Source: Vicugna vicugna (taxonomy: Eukaryota). Taken from it: 64,000 bases of DNA. Under the pieces are notes generated by a model. That model was not told the DNA's origin and did not search any database. It saw nothing but the letters and a program-made list of their open reading frames with translations. Position numbers and translations under genes: made by a program. The stretch spans positions 682,001-746,000 of the forward strand of contig MU057796.1 in NCBI GenBank assembly GCA_013265495.1, written 5' to 3'. Of this stretch, positions 13,800 through 28,550 are shown in pieces (within the stretch, counting starts at the first letter, position 1; each line of letters opens with the position of its first letter).

Positions 13800-14390
13800 C
13801 CCACCCTTTGAGGCAATTAGATAACTCAATGGTAAAAAGATAAAGAGTGCTCCCCATCTACCATAAAAAAATTGGCATTATTTTCAGGAATTCCATGTAA
13901 AAATTGAAATTGTATTTTATTGAAAGAAACTATGCATGGATATTTTTATGATGAGGGAAAATACTTTTTAGTATAACACCAAAAATAACAATACAATATT
14001 CATTTAGAATTATTAATAAATTTGACCATGTAAAGATTAAACTAAGTGTGATATTACAATAAACATATTTTTACATTTACAATATAGAGGACAAAGAGTA
14101 TCTTTAATACACAGTGCACTCTTATGAATCAGTAAGAAAAAAAAAAGACATATCCAAATAGAAAAATGGGCAAATACCACCGCACAAAAACAGAAGTTAT
14201 TGAAATGGAAATGCAAGTGACCACTAAGTATACACTGCTTAGCATTATAAATAATCAGAGAAATTTTAATTAGAACAGTGAATTTTTCCCACTTATGCCA
14301 ACAAGGACAAAAAGAATGACAATATCCAATGTTGGCAAGGTGTGAGGAAATGGACCTTTTCATACACTGTATGAACACAGCATTTAAGGC
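13800..14390 (+). mobile_element. Old L1M ORF2 C-terminal fragment
   Basis: 'ccaaatagaaaaatgggcaaa' and 'atccaatgttggcaaggtgtgaggaaatggac'. Confidence 0.6.
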
Positions 14391-14773
14391 TTTCATGGTC
14401 ATTATCATACTTAATTTGTGTGAAAGATAATTTTTATCTCTAGTTTTAATTAGCTCAATTACATGACTACAACCAAGTTACAGAGCTAGTTCTGTACCAG
14501 ATTTGTAGCAATATCTAAGTATTTAAAAAATTGTTAGCTATTCAAGTTTTAATTGGTTTTCTTTAAATAGCAGTGCTAAGTATCTGTTGAAGGAAGATAT
14601 TTGCTCTTAAGTGGATATGCTTCCCATCAGACATGCAATAAGTTAACATTTGTACCATGTGCTTTATTTCTTTCAAAATTACTATGAACTTCAGGGTTTC
14701 CTTCTGTTTCTATTACCAAAGTCATTTGCCAGAAAAAAAAAAAGTACCTGTTATAGCAGGGGCTCAAAAACAT

Positions 14774-14940
14774 TGGATAGATAGATGGAAGGATGGATGG
14801 GTGGATGGATGGATGATAGATGGATAGATAGACAGAAGGATGGATGAGTGGATAGATGATGAATAGGTTGAAGGATGAATGGATGGATAGTTAGATGGAT
14901 AGACATAAGGATGGATGGATGAACAAATGAATGAATGAAC
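14774..14940. repeat. (GGAT)n/(AGAT)n tetranucleotide repeat
   Basis: Directly visible. Confidence 0.9.
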
Positions 14941-15115
14941 CAAATATGTTTCTCAAAAACCATGTTCAATTCTCTCTCAAAATCATTTTCTTCTAATCAT
15001 TGCATCGTAATCATTAAGCCAAAGATAACTGGAAAATAAGTTCTTACCAAAAAAGGGCAATTAAGAAAAGGCAGAATCAAACCATTAGTGTTAATTTTAT
15101 TGTGAAAACAATTTT

Positions 15116-15233
15116 TTTTAATTTTTATTTAAGTTTTTTTAATTGAAGTACAGTCAATTACAATGTGTCAATCTCTGGTATACAGCACAATGTCCCAGTC
15201 ATGCATATACATACATATATTCATTTTCATATT
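15116..15233 (-). mobile_element. Short young L1 3' end with 16-bp TSD
   Basis: TSD ttgtgaaaacaatttt at 15100-15115 and 15234-15249; the sequence resembles the 3' UTR at about 5660-5750. Confidence 0.85.
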
Positions 15234-15974
15234 TTGTGAAAACAATTTTAACAGTTCTGTTTTCTGAAACTAAATGAAAAAATATCCTTAAAAGAAAAAT
15301 TAATAATAGCTATGCTTTGAATTCAACACTAAAAAGTCTTTTGTTATAAAATTAGTTACAAATATTTTTTAAACATAAAGGCTTTAAAAGTATTTAAGTA
15401 GGGCTCCAAATAGATTTACAGAAATCTCTAAATTGATTTACATCTAAATTTGTAATGTATGTAAAACATAGTATGACAGGTTGCAAATATTTTGAGAAAT
15501 GTTTCATATAATAAAGGGATTTAAAGTTTACTTTAGAGAAATCATCAATACTTCCTAAAATAGACCATAAAAATAACACAGGCATCCTTTCGATACCCTT
15601 GAGTATACTTTATTTGTCCTTGAAAAAAAAAATATATCGAATGTACCTTTCAGAATGATGTATTAGGTGCTATTGTTATGGTGCTCAATATTGTTCAATA
15701 CTGAACTACTATACTGATTACCAGTCTCCACTCTGCTTATTTCTATCATGTGCTTTTATTTACCTCCTGAGGCAAAAACATTTTAATTGGTTTAGAAAAG
15801 CTTGAACTCTCTTTTATCAGTGACAGATTTCATCAAAATGGAACTAACCTAGGAGCAGTAGTCCCAGGGCAAAAAAAAAAAAAATGCACTTTAAGTTTCT
15901 ATGTTTTAAGACTTATAAAATAATAGTTATAAAAAAGGAAAATATAGCCTCTTTGTAATTTTTTCATGATATGG

Positions 15975-16055
15975 ATATATATGTGCACACACATATATAT
16001 GCATACACACATACATATAAATACATAGATGTGTGTGTGCATACAGATATGTATA
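15975..16055. repeat. (TA/CA/TG)n compound microsatellite
   Basis: Directly visible. Confidence 0.8.
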
Positions 16056-16579
16056 GCACTCAGGTATAGTTTTACAGAAATGTTAAGAAGTATCAAATAT
16101 ATTAAAATATTTGCAAAAGTCTTTAACATGGCAGAAAAATGGTTTATAATTCTAGTCTAGGAGGAAACAAGTTAGTACTTCTCCTGTTTTGTCTTGTTTT
16201 TGGGCTGCTTGCCAAGTTATCCACACATTAAATTTATGGAACACTGCAGTCAATTTTGAAATAATTTACAGTTATAGTAAATCCTGCTAACTGTGTAAAC
16301 AGGCAAATGGTGTATTATTTTAATAGGTCTATATTTCTTTAAGTATTCATCTCACAGTGCTCCATTATTTATGAACAACAGCACAAAAAATAAGTTGCTT
16401 GTTGCACAGAAATTGTATTTATTTAATAGATTTTAGTTCCATACAGATTTAAGTGCTTCAAAAACAGAGACCAAACTGTAATTTGCACAGAGCCAAATAT
16501 TAATTGTAATACACGTGCAAAACAAACATTACAAATACTAATCACAGTGACAGACACCCACTGTTGGTTGCCACCTCTT

Positions 16580-16935
16580 TTAAATTTTATTTTATTGTGG
16601 TAAGAGCACTTCACATGGATCCACCCTTTTAACAAATTTAAGTGTACAGTATATTACCCCCAAAATACTAAAGTTGACAAGTACTGATGAAGATGTGGAG
16701 AAACTGGAAGCTTTGTATGCTGTGGAGATTCCTCCAAAAAACTAAAAATGGAACTGCCAGATGATCAAGCAATCTCACGTCTGGGTATTTATCCAAGAGA
16801 ACTGAATTCAGACTCTCAAAGAAGTATTATTATGGTCATGGTATTATTATCATGGTCATATGTTCATTGCAGCACTATTCACACTAGCCAAAATGTGCGG
16901 AAAAATTTTTAAATGTACATCAGTGGATGCTTGGC
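16580..16935. mobile_element. L1 fragments in opposite orientations (minus 3' tip about 16580-16655; plus ORF2 C-terminus about 16660-16935)
   Basis: 'ttgtggtaagagcactt...ttaacaaatttaagtgtacagta' followed by 'gatgtggagaaactggaa...gcaatctcacgtctgggtatttatcc'. Confidence 0.6.
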
Positions 16936-17865
16936 TATCACTTTTTGCCAAAAAAGGATGACAAGAATTATAAACTAAACCCAGAAGGGCCAATAGAAAT
17001 AAATTCAAGTTCTCCCAACATTCTCATTGCGAGTAGGCACAGCCTTTCCTCGCATTGAATTTTAACAAAGTGGTTCATCTGTAAATCCACGTGCACTCTA
17101 CACGTAGGAAATGTAAAATGGGCTGTTGAAAATTGACGGAGACTTCTATCCTTTCAGTAAATTCTCACTGTACCCAGTGAGATTCTTCGTTAGAGCTAAC
17201 TTTTATCACTCTTTCCACTATATTTTTTTCTTTTTAATTTCTCTTTCTATATCAAGCTAAGCAAAAGCCCTTGAGAGCCACAGACACTGACCTTAATGTT
17301 TCCCTCTGCAAAGTTAAAGGATTTTCCAGCACAGAAAATTCATTCGAGAGAGACTAAAGTCATCTCATGTTACCTAGTCATGAAATAACAATGAGTTCAG
17401 TGAGTTGGTGGAAAATTATTCTGTTCTAAAAGGCAAATTTGTGAAATAGGTGTAAACGTGAGGTTATCTATAATGTAATACAAAGGGTACAGAAAATTGA
17501 TATCTCTCACTGACAATAATAATTCCAGTATATTCACATATTCTTACAATGCACTGAATATACAAATGCATCTAGACACTTCATTAATTTGGATTAACAG
17601 ATATTCTCTGCTGAAAGCAAATTAAAAAATGTCTGTGAAGTTACACTTTCAGTAGACAGACCAATCAAGTGCTTATGGAGTACTTGCTCTATGTTCAGCT
17701 ATGTGCCTAAGGATTATACAGAAAGATACAGACAAAATGTAAGACACCATTCCTGCTCTTAAGCATCAGCTAAAATTGTGGTTAGAAAAAAACCAAGATG
17801 AACTCATGAGACATCAAATGAAAAATGTCATATTGCTTGAACTCCTAGATTTCGTGGTCCCAACT

Positions 17866-18075
17866 AGGAGTCAATAAACACTTTTTTCTGCAAAAGGGCA
17901 GAGTAAATATTTTAGACTTAGAGGAACATAAGGTCTCTGTAAGACTACTCTGCTCAGCTGCTGTAGCAGGAAAGCCATCAGAGATAATCCTAAATAATGA
18001 GTGTGTCTGTGTTTCAATAAAACTTTATTTATAAAAAAGAGGTAGTGAGCTGCAATGGGCCTGACCCTAGGTCCA
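17866..18075 (+). mobile_element. MER58A-like hAT DNA transposon
   Basis: 'aaagggcagagtaaatattttagactt', 'ctctgctcagctgctgtagc', 'gtgtttcaataaaactttatttataaaaa'. Confidence 0.8.
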
Positions 18076-18139
18076 GTCAATAAGTGTGTTTACATTATGT
18101 TAATGATGTCTTGAGAAGAACCAGATTTTTTTCTATCTT

Positions 18140-20748
18140 TTAAAATTTTATTTATTTTTACTGAAATATATTTTACACATATTGTACAACTCTAAGGTGT
18201 AGAATATGTTAATTTGATATTTATATAATATAATATGATTACCATTATAGCAATAATTAGCACCTCTGTTACATAATTATCCTTTCTTTTAAGTGGTTGG
18301 AATTATTAAGTTCTAATCTCTTAATAAGTTTGATGATTATAGTACTATATTGTTTATATTCTATTTATATATTATGCTAGTGCCATACTGTTTTTATTAC
18401 TATAGCTTTGTAGCATAGTTTGAAATCGAAAAGTGTGATACCTCTAGCTTTGTTCTTTTTCCTCAAGATTGTTTTCTGTCTTTGGGGTCTTTTATGGGTC
18501 TATACAAATTTCATATTTTTTCCACTTCTGTGAGGAGTGTCACTGATATTTTGATGGAGATTGTGTTGAATTTAGATAGCTTTTGGTAGTATGAACATTT
18601 TACCAAGATTAATTCTTCTGATCCATGAATACAGGATATCTTTCCTTTTTTTTTGTTTTCTTTAATTTCTTTCAGCAGAGTCTCGTAGTTTTTATTGTAC
18701 AGATATTTCACTTCCTTCATTAAATTATTCCTAGGTTTTTATTGGTTTTGATATTATTGTGAATGGGCAAGATTTATTCCTTTTTTCAGATGTTTTACTA
18801 TTAGTGTATAGAAATGCACCTGATTTCTGTATGTTGATTTTAGATTCTGCAGCTTTACTGAAATCAATGATTATTTCCAACAGTTTTTGTTTTTGATTGA
18901 TTCTTTGGGATTTTCTAAATACAAAATTGTATCATCTGCAAATAATAACAGTTCTACTACTTCTTTCCTATTTTTATGCCTTGTATTTCTTTGTCTGCCT
19001 AATTTCTCTAGCTAAGACTTCCAGTACTATATTGAATAAGAATGATAAGACTGACATCTTTGTCTTTTTTCAGATCTTAGAGAGAAAGATTTCAATGTCT
19101 CTCTGCTGAGTATAATGTTAGCTGAGTGTCTGTCGTATATGGCCTTTATTATGTTGAGGTATGTTCCTTCTATATCCAGTATCTGGGTCTGCTCCCCTGT
19201 TGCTTTTATCATGAAAGGATGTTGTATTTTGTTGAATGCGTTTCTGCATAAGGAAGGTTTGTTTTTTTAATGGAGCCCATTTTATCAACTCTTTATTTTA
19301 TTTTTATTTTACTTATTTTTGCTTGTTTCTTTGTTTGTATTTAAAGTTGGAACATTCCTATGAAGACTGTGTGTGTCTAATAATTTCACTGCAAAGGCTG
19401 TTCTTACTATGGATGGTTGTCATGTCTTTCTTCTGTGTATATTGGCTGTCGTGTCCTTTTGATGATTAGAGCCTTCCCTGATAGTTGTTGTTGAGCAGAG
19501 CCTCCTTTTTCTGTGCTGTGGTTGTCACAGCCTTGACGGGGGCTGGGTCTGCTCCCCTGTTGCTGGAATAGAGGCTTCTAGACCCATTTCTAGCTGTGGG
19601 GTATATTAGGCAGTGTTGGAGTGCCCCAGCTGGGAGGAAGAATCACTGAATGTACCTCTGTAGGAGTTTTCCATTGGTAGGTGCCCTCTGCAGTATTGTC
19701 TGTCACTTGTTATGCGACTTACGAAGTACCCTTTGTTGATGCTGTCTTTGTCCCCACATCAGCTGTGGGAATGTCAGCCACCTGGTTATGGGCCCCTGGA
19801 ACCACTGGTGCAGACCTGCCAATGTCAAGTACTATGACCCACTGTAGCGAGCATGTAGTCACATACCTGAATCCATGGTATACCACAGGGTCAGCACAGA
19901 CACCCATCTTGCCTCCGCATATATACTGTATGCCAGCCTGTTGCAAATAATCCTACTCGCCTTTGCCATGTGCCAAATTTCCATCCACTGCCTGTTCTTC
20001 CTAGAGATGCAGGTTCAGAAAGGTGCCAGCAGAGCAAATCTCGCCTAGCTGCCTGGTGCTGTAAACAAATCTCAGTCCCACCTGCCCCACCTCTCTTCTC
20101 ATGAGAACACACCAACAATGGGTCCATGGGGAGATGGCGGCTATGGTAGCGCTGCGTTGTGCTCCTCCCCCCATGAACACCAGCAGTGGTGCTTTTTTAA
20201 GGGGGTCCTAAGCTGTTCTGTTCTGAACACACCCCAAGACACAGCTCACACCACCTTCCAGTCCCCTGAAGCTGCCTCTGTGCAGTGGGCCCCAGCCTTC
20301 TCCCCGATCTTGTCATAGATCTTCAGCAGCCAGTCCCGGCTTGTCCCTGCCAGCTGGTGTCTAGGGCTGGGGATCTCAGGGACCCTCCATGCCAGTTTCT
20401 TAGTTCTGTCTGCCAAGCAGCTGCCACTTTCTCCTCTGAGCCTTGGAAGCTCCACTTCTGTTCTTGCTGTCCTTCCAGCTGGAGAAAGGGCATATCAGTG
20501 TGGGACTGCCTTTCTTCCTTTGCCGCTCCCCCCCCCCACAGGACCGGTCCCTGCACTGATTTTCTTTTTCTTTTTTCTTTTTTTCTCTTACCAGATTTTG
20601 TGAGTATCCTCCTGTATTTTGAAGTGAGAGACACTGCAAGAGTTCAGTAGGTGTTCTGTGTGATTCAGTAGGTATGTGGATGTAATTCTTGGTGTACTTG
20701 TGGGAGAGGGTAGCTGTGAGTATCTCTACTCCACCATCTTGGAACCTC
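18140..20748 (-). mobile_element. Internally deleted L1 retaining a 5' UTR-like region, an ORF2 RT segment and the 3' tip
   Basis: Minus strand begins 'gaggttccaagatggtggagtag', an L1 5'-end motif. ORFs 19027..19212 ([14 protein letters not shown]) and 18511..18720 (KEVKYLYNKNYETLLKEIKE) are ORF2p. T-rich 3' tail near 18140. Confidence 0.75.
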
Positions 20749-20780
20749 AAACTTTTTTATTTTAGTGATGGGATTTTTTT

Positions 20781-23518
<2,738 letters not shown>

Positions 23519-23539
23519 TTAAGAGAATTTCACTCGCCA

Positions 23540-24625
23540 AAACTGTTACAGTTATGATCATTGAAAAGAATAAGATGGTATGATTGTGGAAAATTTGACA
23601 AAATATTTAATCAATAAAAAAAAAGTCCATGAATCTATAATAATACCTCCCAAAAGGAAAAAAAACATTAAAAAAAACTCATTGTTGCTTTTTACATTAA
23701 CTATTAAATCATCTTTTTCTTTGAAAATTAGAGCTCAAAAAGAATAATTAAATACGTGGTCTTTTTCTTTTCAATAGGGACTGTATTTTGAAGTAACCAC
23801 ATGTCCTCAGTTCATGAGGAAAAGCACTACTTTACATAAGGCGACCACGTATTAATCACAAAAGGAAGGGTAACATTAGAAAAGAGTCATCATTTTCCAA
23901 TGGCCGATAAAATTGTGTATTCAGACAAGGATCACAAATTGATTTTAAAGCCATTACACAAATGGTTGATTGAGAAATGGATGTGTGTATGCTGCCATAG
24001 GACACCATACAGATTATTTTGTGATTGTAAAGGGAAATTTTAACGAGCAGTGAACAGATGAGGTTGTCCTCTCCCTAATTTGGTGGCCAAATGTGTGTCA
24101 ATGATGAGAGGACAACCAAGTATCATGTGTTTTCAGTTATATTGCATTATGAAATACGCAACATCACTTATGATGCATTCTACCTAAAAAGCTTAACTCA
24201 ATCTATCAAGAATTTGGAACTAAACTCTAGATTACAGGAAATACAGAATATTACACTATAAAATTAAGTGACACCACGAGAAGGAAACGAGGCAGGAACA
24301 AAGAGGTAGAATATTCCACAAGACAAAGTTAGTGTCCTGTGTCATGAAATTGTTTTTCATCAGAAGAGACTTACAAGATTCAACATATGGCCCTGGATTT
24401 CAGTAACTTTCATACAAGCCAACTATGAAGGACATTTAGGGAATACTAGGATAAGTTTAAATAAGGATTTGCTATTAGATAACACTAAGTAATTATTATA
24501 AATTTTATTAAATATGATAATGTTATTTTATTTTGTTTATGTGGTAAAATGCCCTTAGTTTTTAAAAATTCAAATTCATCTTTTTAAGTGTGGAATGTTA
24601 TTAACATCAAAAAATTGCTTTTAAA
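23540..24625 (+). mobile_element. Old L1M (MD/ME-like) 3' UTR
   Basis: 'caacatcacttatgatgcattctacctaaaaagcttaac', 'aaactctagattacaggaaatacag', 'ttattaaatatgataatgttatt'. Confidence 0.6.
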
Positions 24626-24659
24626 TGCTTTAGAATAACAAGGGTTTAAAACAAGTGTC

Positions 24660-24950
24660 CTCACTCCGATTACCCTACACCCTCCCATGGTCTCATTCCC
24701 AGATCACTGTCCAGCACATGTTATGTTATCTTCTTCATGACAGTTGTCATTAACTAGAAAGACCTGGTTGGTTGGTTGGTTGGTTGGATGATTCTTTGGT
24801 TGCTTGCTTGCTCATCTCCTTCCCTCAAAATGAAAGTTCCATGAGATGTGGGGTCTTTCCTGTCATATTTACAATTGTACTCATAGCCTTTGAAGAATGC
24901 ATGGTGTAGTAGTAGATGCACATAGTAGATGCTCAGTAAGCATTGTTACG
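24660..24950 (+). mobile_element. L2 3' end fragment with (GGTT)n insertion
   Basis: 'aatgaaagttccatgagatgtggggtctttcctgtc...catagtagatgctcagtaagcattg'. Confidence 0.6.
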
Positions 24951-26247
24951 TGTAAAAAAAAAGGGTGGGGCTTGCTTGTACTAAATCACAATTATCTGTG
25001 AAAATTTTCCTTTGAAGATTTCCTTTGTTTAGTTGAACATGTGGTTTCCTGTGGAAATAATTGCCAACATAGAGAAGGAGATGCTTTTTTATTTTATATA
25101 TGAATGAAGTTTACATTGTGTACTGCCAGCTAACAGAAAAAGAGGGGGAAAAATGATAGAAAGATGTGAGATTTAAATTCAGTGTTATTTGGAATCACAT
25201 GTGAACAGTCTGCTGTGCGCTGCTGGAAGACATCCCTGTGAAGTTAAAAGAGCTGAGTGTTCTAACACCTGTTTCTGAGCTGTAACCTGTTTACACTTTT
25301 CATAATAAGATGAAACTCAGTGTTTTCAGAAAGCCAGTACATGAGAGTTCTAAACATATCCTGTTGGAATTAAATCTTTAGTTCTAAAAATAAAGCTTGC
25401 CGTGCTCAGATGAAAGAAAATTAAAATATTTTATTTTAAAAAATGACACTGAAAATCATAATCCAAAGGAACTGTACCAGTGTGAATAGGAACATCTTTT
25501 CTACCTACAGGAGGCATATATTACAGTCAAGATCAGATTTAAATTTATAGACTACAGACACTCTTTGGCTCAAAAAATACCAGTAACAGATTTTTGTCAT
25601 ATATTAAAAGACTGGATTCCAGAGGAAACTAATAATAAGACCATATGCTTATCATTTTATGACTTGACATTGAAAAACTTGCCTTAACTAGTAATGGCCA
25701 CCCAAAGAAGCCAACTAGGCGGCATGTCTAACGGCTTATTCTCCATCTCTTACTCTAATCGAAACATGGAGAATAAGCATCTCAGGTCCTGCCGATGCAG
25801 CAGAAAAGCACTGTTGCGTGACCATGTTTTCCCCCGGCTACATTTTCTTACAACCAGAATCCTGCTTCTCTTCTAGGTTTAGTTGTCACTGAGAGGGAAG
25901 ATTATAAAAAGAGGTATGAAAACACTTAAAGTAAGCAGTAGTCAATAGTGAGAAGTAAAATCTATCCTTTCCCCCAAGCCACAAGTAACTTCACGTATTC
26001 AACAAATTTTTAGTAAGTTTCAATTACTTGCCACACACTATGTAAGAAACTGAGAATACAAAGAACAAAAGGAACACGGTACCTGTCTTCAAAGGGTATA
26101 TACTGTAGTGGCATCTGCCCAGCAGAAAATGCATGAGTGGGCCAAAGTACATCCTAAAGCTACATAGAGATAGATCAGGAAGCCAGAATCTTAATATTAA
26201 TGCTTTTCTTAAGAAGCACAAGGTAATCTGTTAATAATCTGTTAATT

Positions 26248-26572
26248 CTGTAATCTGAATGTTTGTGTCCCCCCAACATTCACATGTTGAAATCCTAAAT
26301 CCTAAAGGTGATGGTATTAGGAGGTAGGACTTTGGGGAGGTGATTAAGTCAAGAGCATGGAGCTTTCATGAATGAGATTAGTGCTCTTATAAAAAAGACC
26401 CCACAGAGCTCCCCAAGACCTTCCAGCATGTGATGATACAACGGTAAGTCTGAACCCAGAAGAGGTCCCTCAACAAAACATGACAGTGCTGGCATGGACT
26501 TGATCTTGGACTTCCTGGCTTCCAGAATACCAATCTCTGGTTCTTCATTATAGTAGGTAAGTGGACTAAGAC
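26248..26572 (+). mobile_element. MaLR solo LTR (MLT1A-like)
   Basis: 'ctgaatgtttgtgtccccccaacattcacatgttgaaatcc', 'tgatcttggacttcctggcttccagaa', 'ggactaagaca'. Confidence 0.85.
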
Positions 26573-27094
26573 AGTTAATGTATTAAACGTGTGTATCATC
26601 TGGAGATTGATGAGGCAATGTAGAAGAAAAATGTTTATGAAATCTTAAAACACTATACACAGATGATGAAAATATTATTAAAAGGGTCACCATCCAACTT
26701 ATTCATTGATGTCAGTATAATTTTGATCAAAAGTGGGTAGGTTAAAAACACCACACACCTATGTAAAATATGCAAATGTATAAAGGTAAAATTAAGCAAT
26801 AAACATATCAAGATAAAATAGAGTGTGCTCCAGAAATACAAAAAGACTTCAATATAATTTACTATATTAATATAATCACCTAAATGGATACCTCAAGTTT
26901 TTGAGATAATTCATCATCCATTCAGAATAGAAATAAATTTGCTTGACTTGATAAAGAGTATGAGAAGCCAAGAGTGAACTCCAAGTTTCCAGTATAAAAA
27001 CAGCACATGTCTTCTAGCTTTACTGTAAGGGCTGCCTGAGATCTTGCATAGGAGGCACTTATAACATTGCTTGATACATCACTTCCTTATCTTT

Positions 27095-27192
27095 TACATT
27101 TAAAAGTATTAAAACCATTCTTAGATCAGGAGTCATAGCAAAACAATCCATCAACCAGATTCGGCCCATGGAGCCATCATTTACCAAGCTCT
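27095..27192 (+). mobile_element. MER58B-like DNA transposon end
   Basis: 'aaaaccattcttagatc...ccagattcggcccatggagccatcatttaccaagc'. Confidence 0.55.
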
Positions 27193-27219
27193 ATTATACA
27201 ACTACATAATCAGCAAAAA

Positions 27220-28550
27220 AATGTCCTTCAAAATTAAGAGGAAAAAGTGAAAATATATTCCAAAAAGCACAAATATTTGGGAAGTAAACAATAATTTCTA
27301 AATAACACATGGGTCACAAAACAAACTGTAAAAAAATTAGAAAATAATTCAAATCGAATGATAATCAACCCAGTAAAGGTTTTGAGATTCAATATGTTAG
27401 AAAAGAAGAAATATTTTAAATCAGTTATCTCAACTTCTATATTCTAGAGGGGAAAAGGAGCAAAATAGCAATAAAAATAATGATTAACTTCTCATCATGA
27501 AGAATAGAAGCAAGGAGACAATGGATTAGTATAATCAAAAAGCTAAAAGAAAGAAAACTATCAATCTAAAACAGAAATCAGCAAATAAAGCAGAAGTCAG
27601 GAAATACTTTAGGATTTGCAGGACAAGAGATAAAATTGAGCAGCTGTCTTCACCGAAAGGCTAAGATGAAAAGAAGAGCAAATTAAACATAAGAAAGAAG
27701 ACGTAAGTGTAGGAATAAAGATCAACTGAGCAAGAAATAGACTAATAATAGAGAAAATCGACAAAGTGAAAATAAAGTTCTTTGAGAAGATTAATAAAAT
27801 TAATAAACCTCCAGCATGTTTGATTAAGGAAAAAAGAGAAAGCATAAATTACCAACATCAGAAATTAAAAGGGAAAACATACCACAAATTATATAAATAT
27901 TTAAAGGAATTTACAGATAAAGGGAAAAAAAACAGGAATGTTATTGGTTATGTTTTCTCAAATAACCTCAAAACTGACATGGAATAATGCCTTCCAAAAT
28001 ATGATGTATCAAAACTGACACAGAAGAATTCTAAAAATTAAACAGTCTATATCTGCGAAAAAAAGTTTATGTCATCATAAACTTTCTCAGACACAAAAAA
28101 AACCTCTAGCCCATGATGTCTTCAATGCTGAATTCTTTCATACATTTGAGGAAGAAATAATAAGAAGTCCTACATAGGAATTTTTCAGGAAATAGGAGAG
28201 GCAAAAAGCTCAGCTCATTTCACAAAGCCAGCATAATTTTAAAGACGCAAAAGAAAAATTAACAGAAACATTCAGAAAATGTAACTACAAATATCCCTTA
28301 TAATCAAAGATACAAAAATCAACAAGATATATCAAACCAGCAGTATATCAAAAAGTAATGTATCATAGCTAACTGGATCAAACACAGTAATGTATATACT
28401 TTAAGAAGTACACCATGACTAAGTGAATTTCCCTTTCCCCAGGAAAGCAAGTTTGGTTTAACATTAAAAAAAAATCAATCAATGTAATTCAACATATTAA
28501 CAAAATAGAAAGGAAAAATGTCAAATGATTATTTCAATAGATACAGTAAA
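27220..28550 (+). mobile_element. Old L1 ORF2 fragment (after the endonuclease domain, into RT)
   Basis: ORF 27766..27987 (FFEKINKINKP) and 'aatcaatcaatgtaattcaacatattaac...atgattatttcaatagatacag' (SINVIHHIN...MIISIDAE-like). Ends at the JOSD1 retrocopy. Confidence 0.8.
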
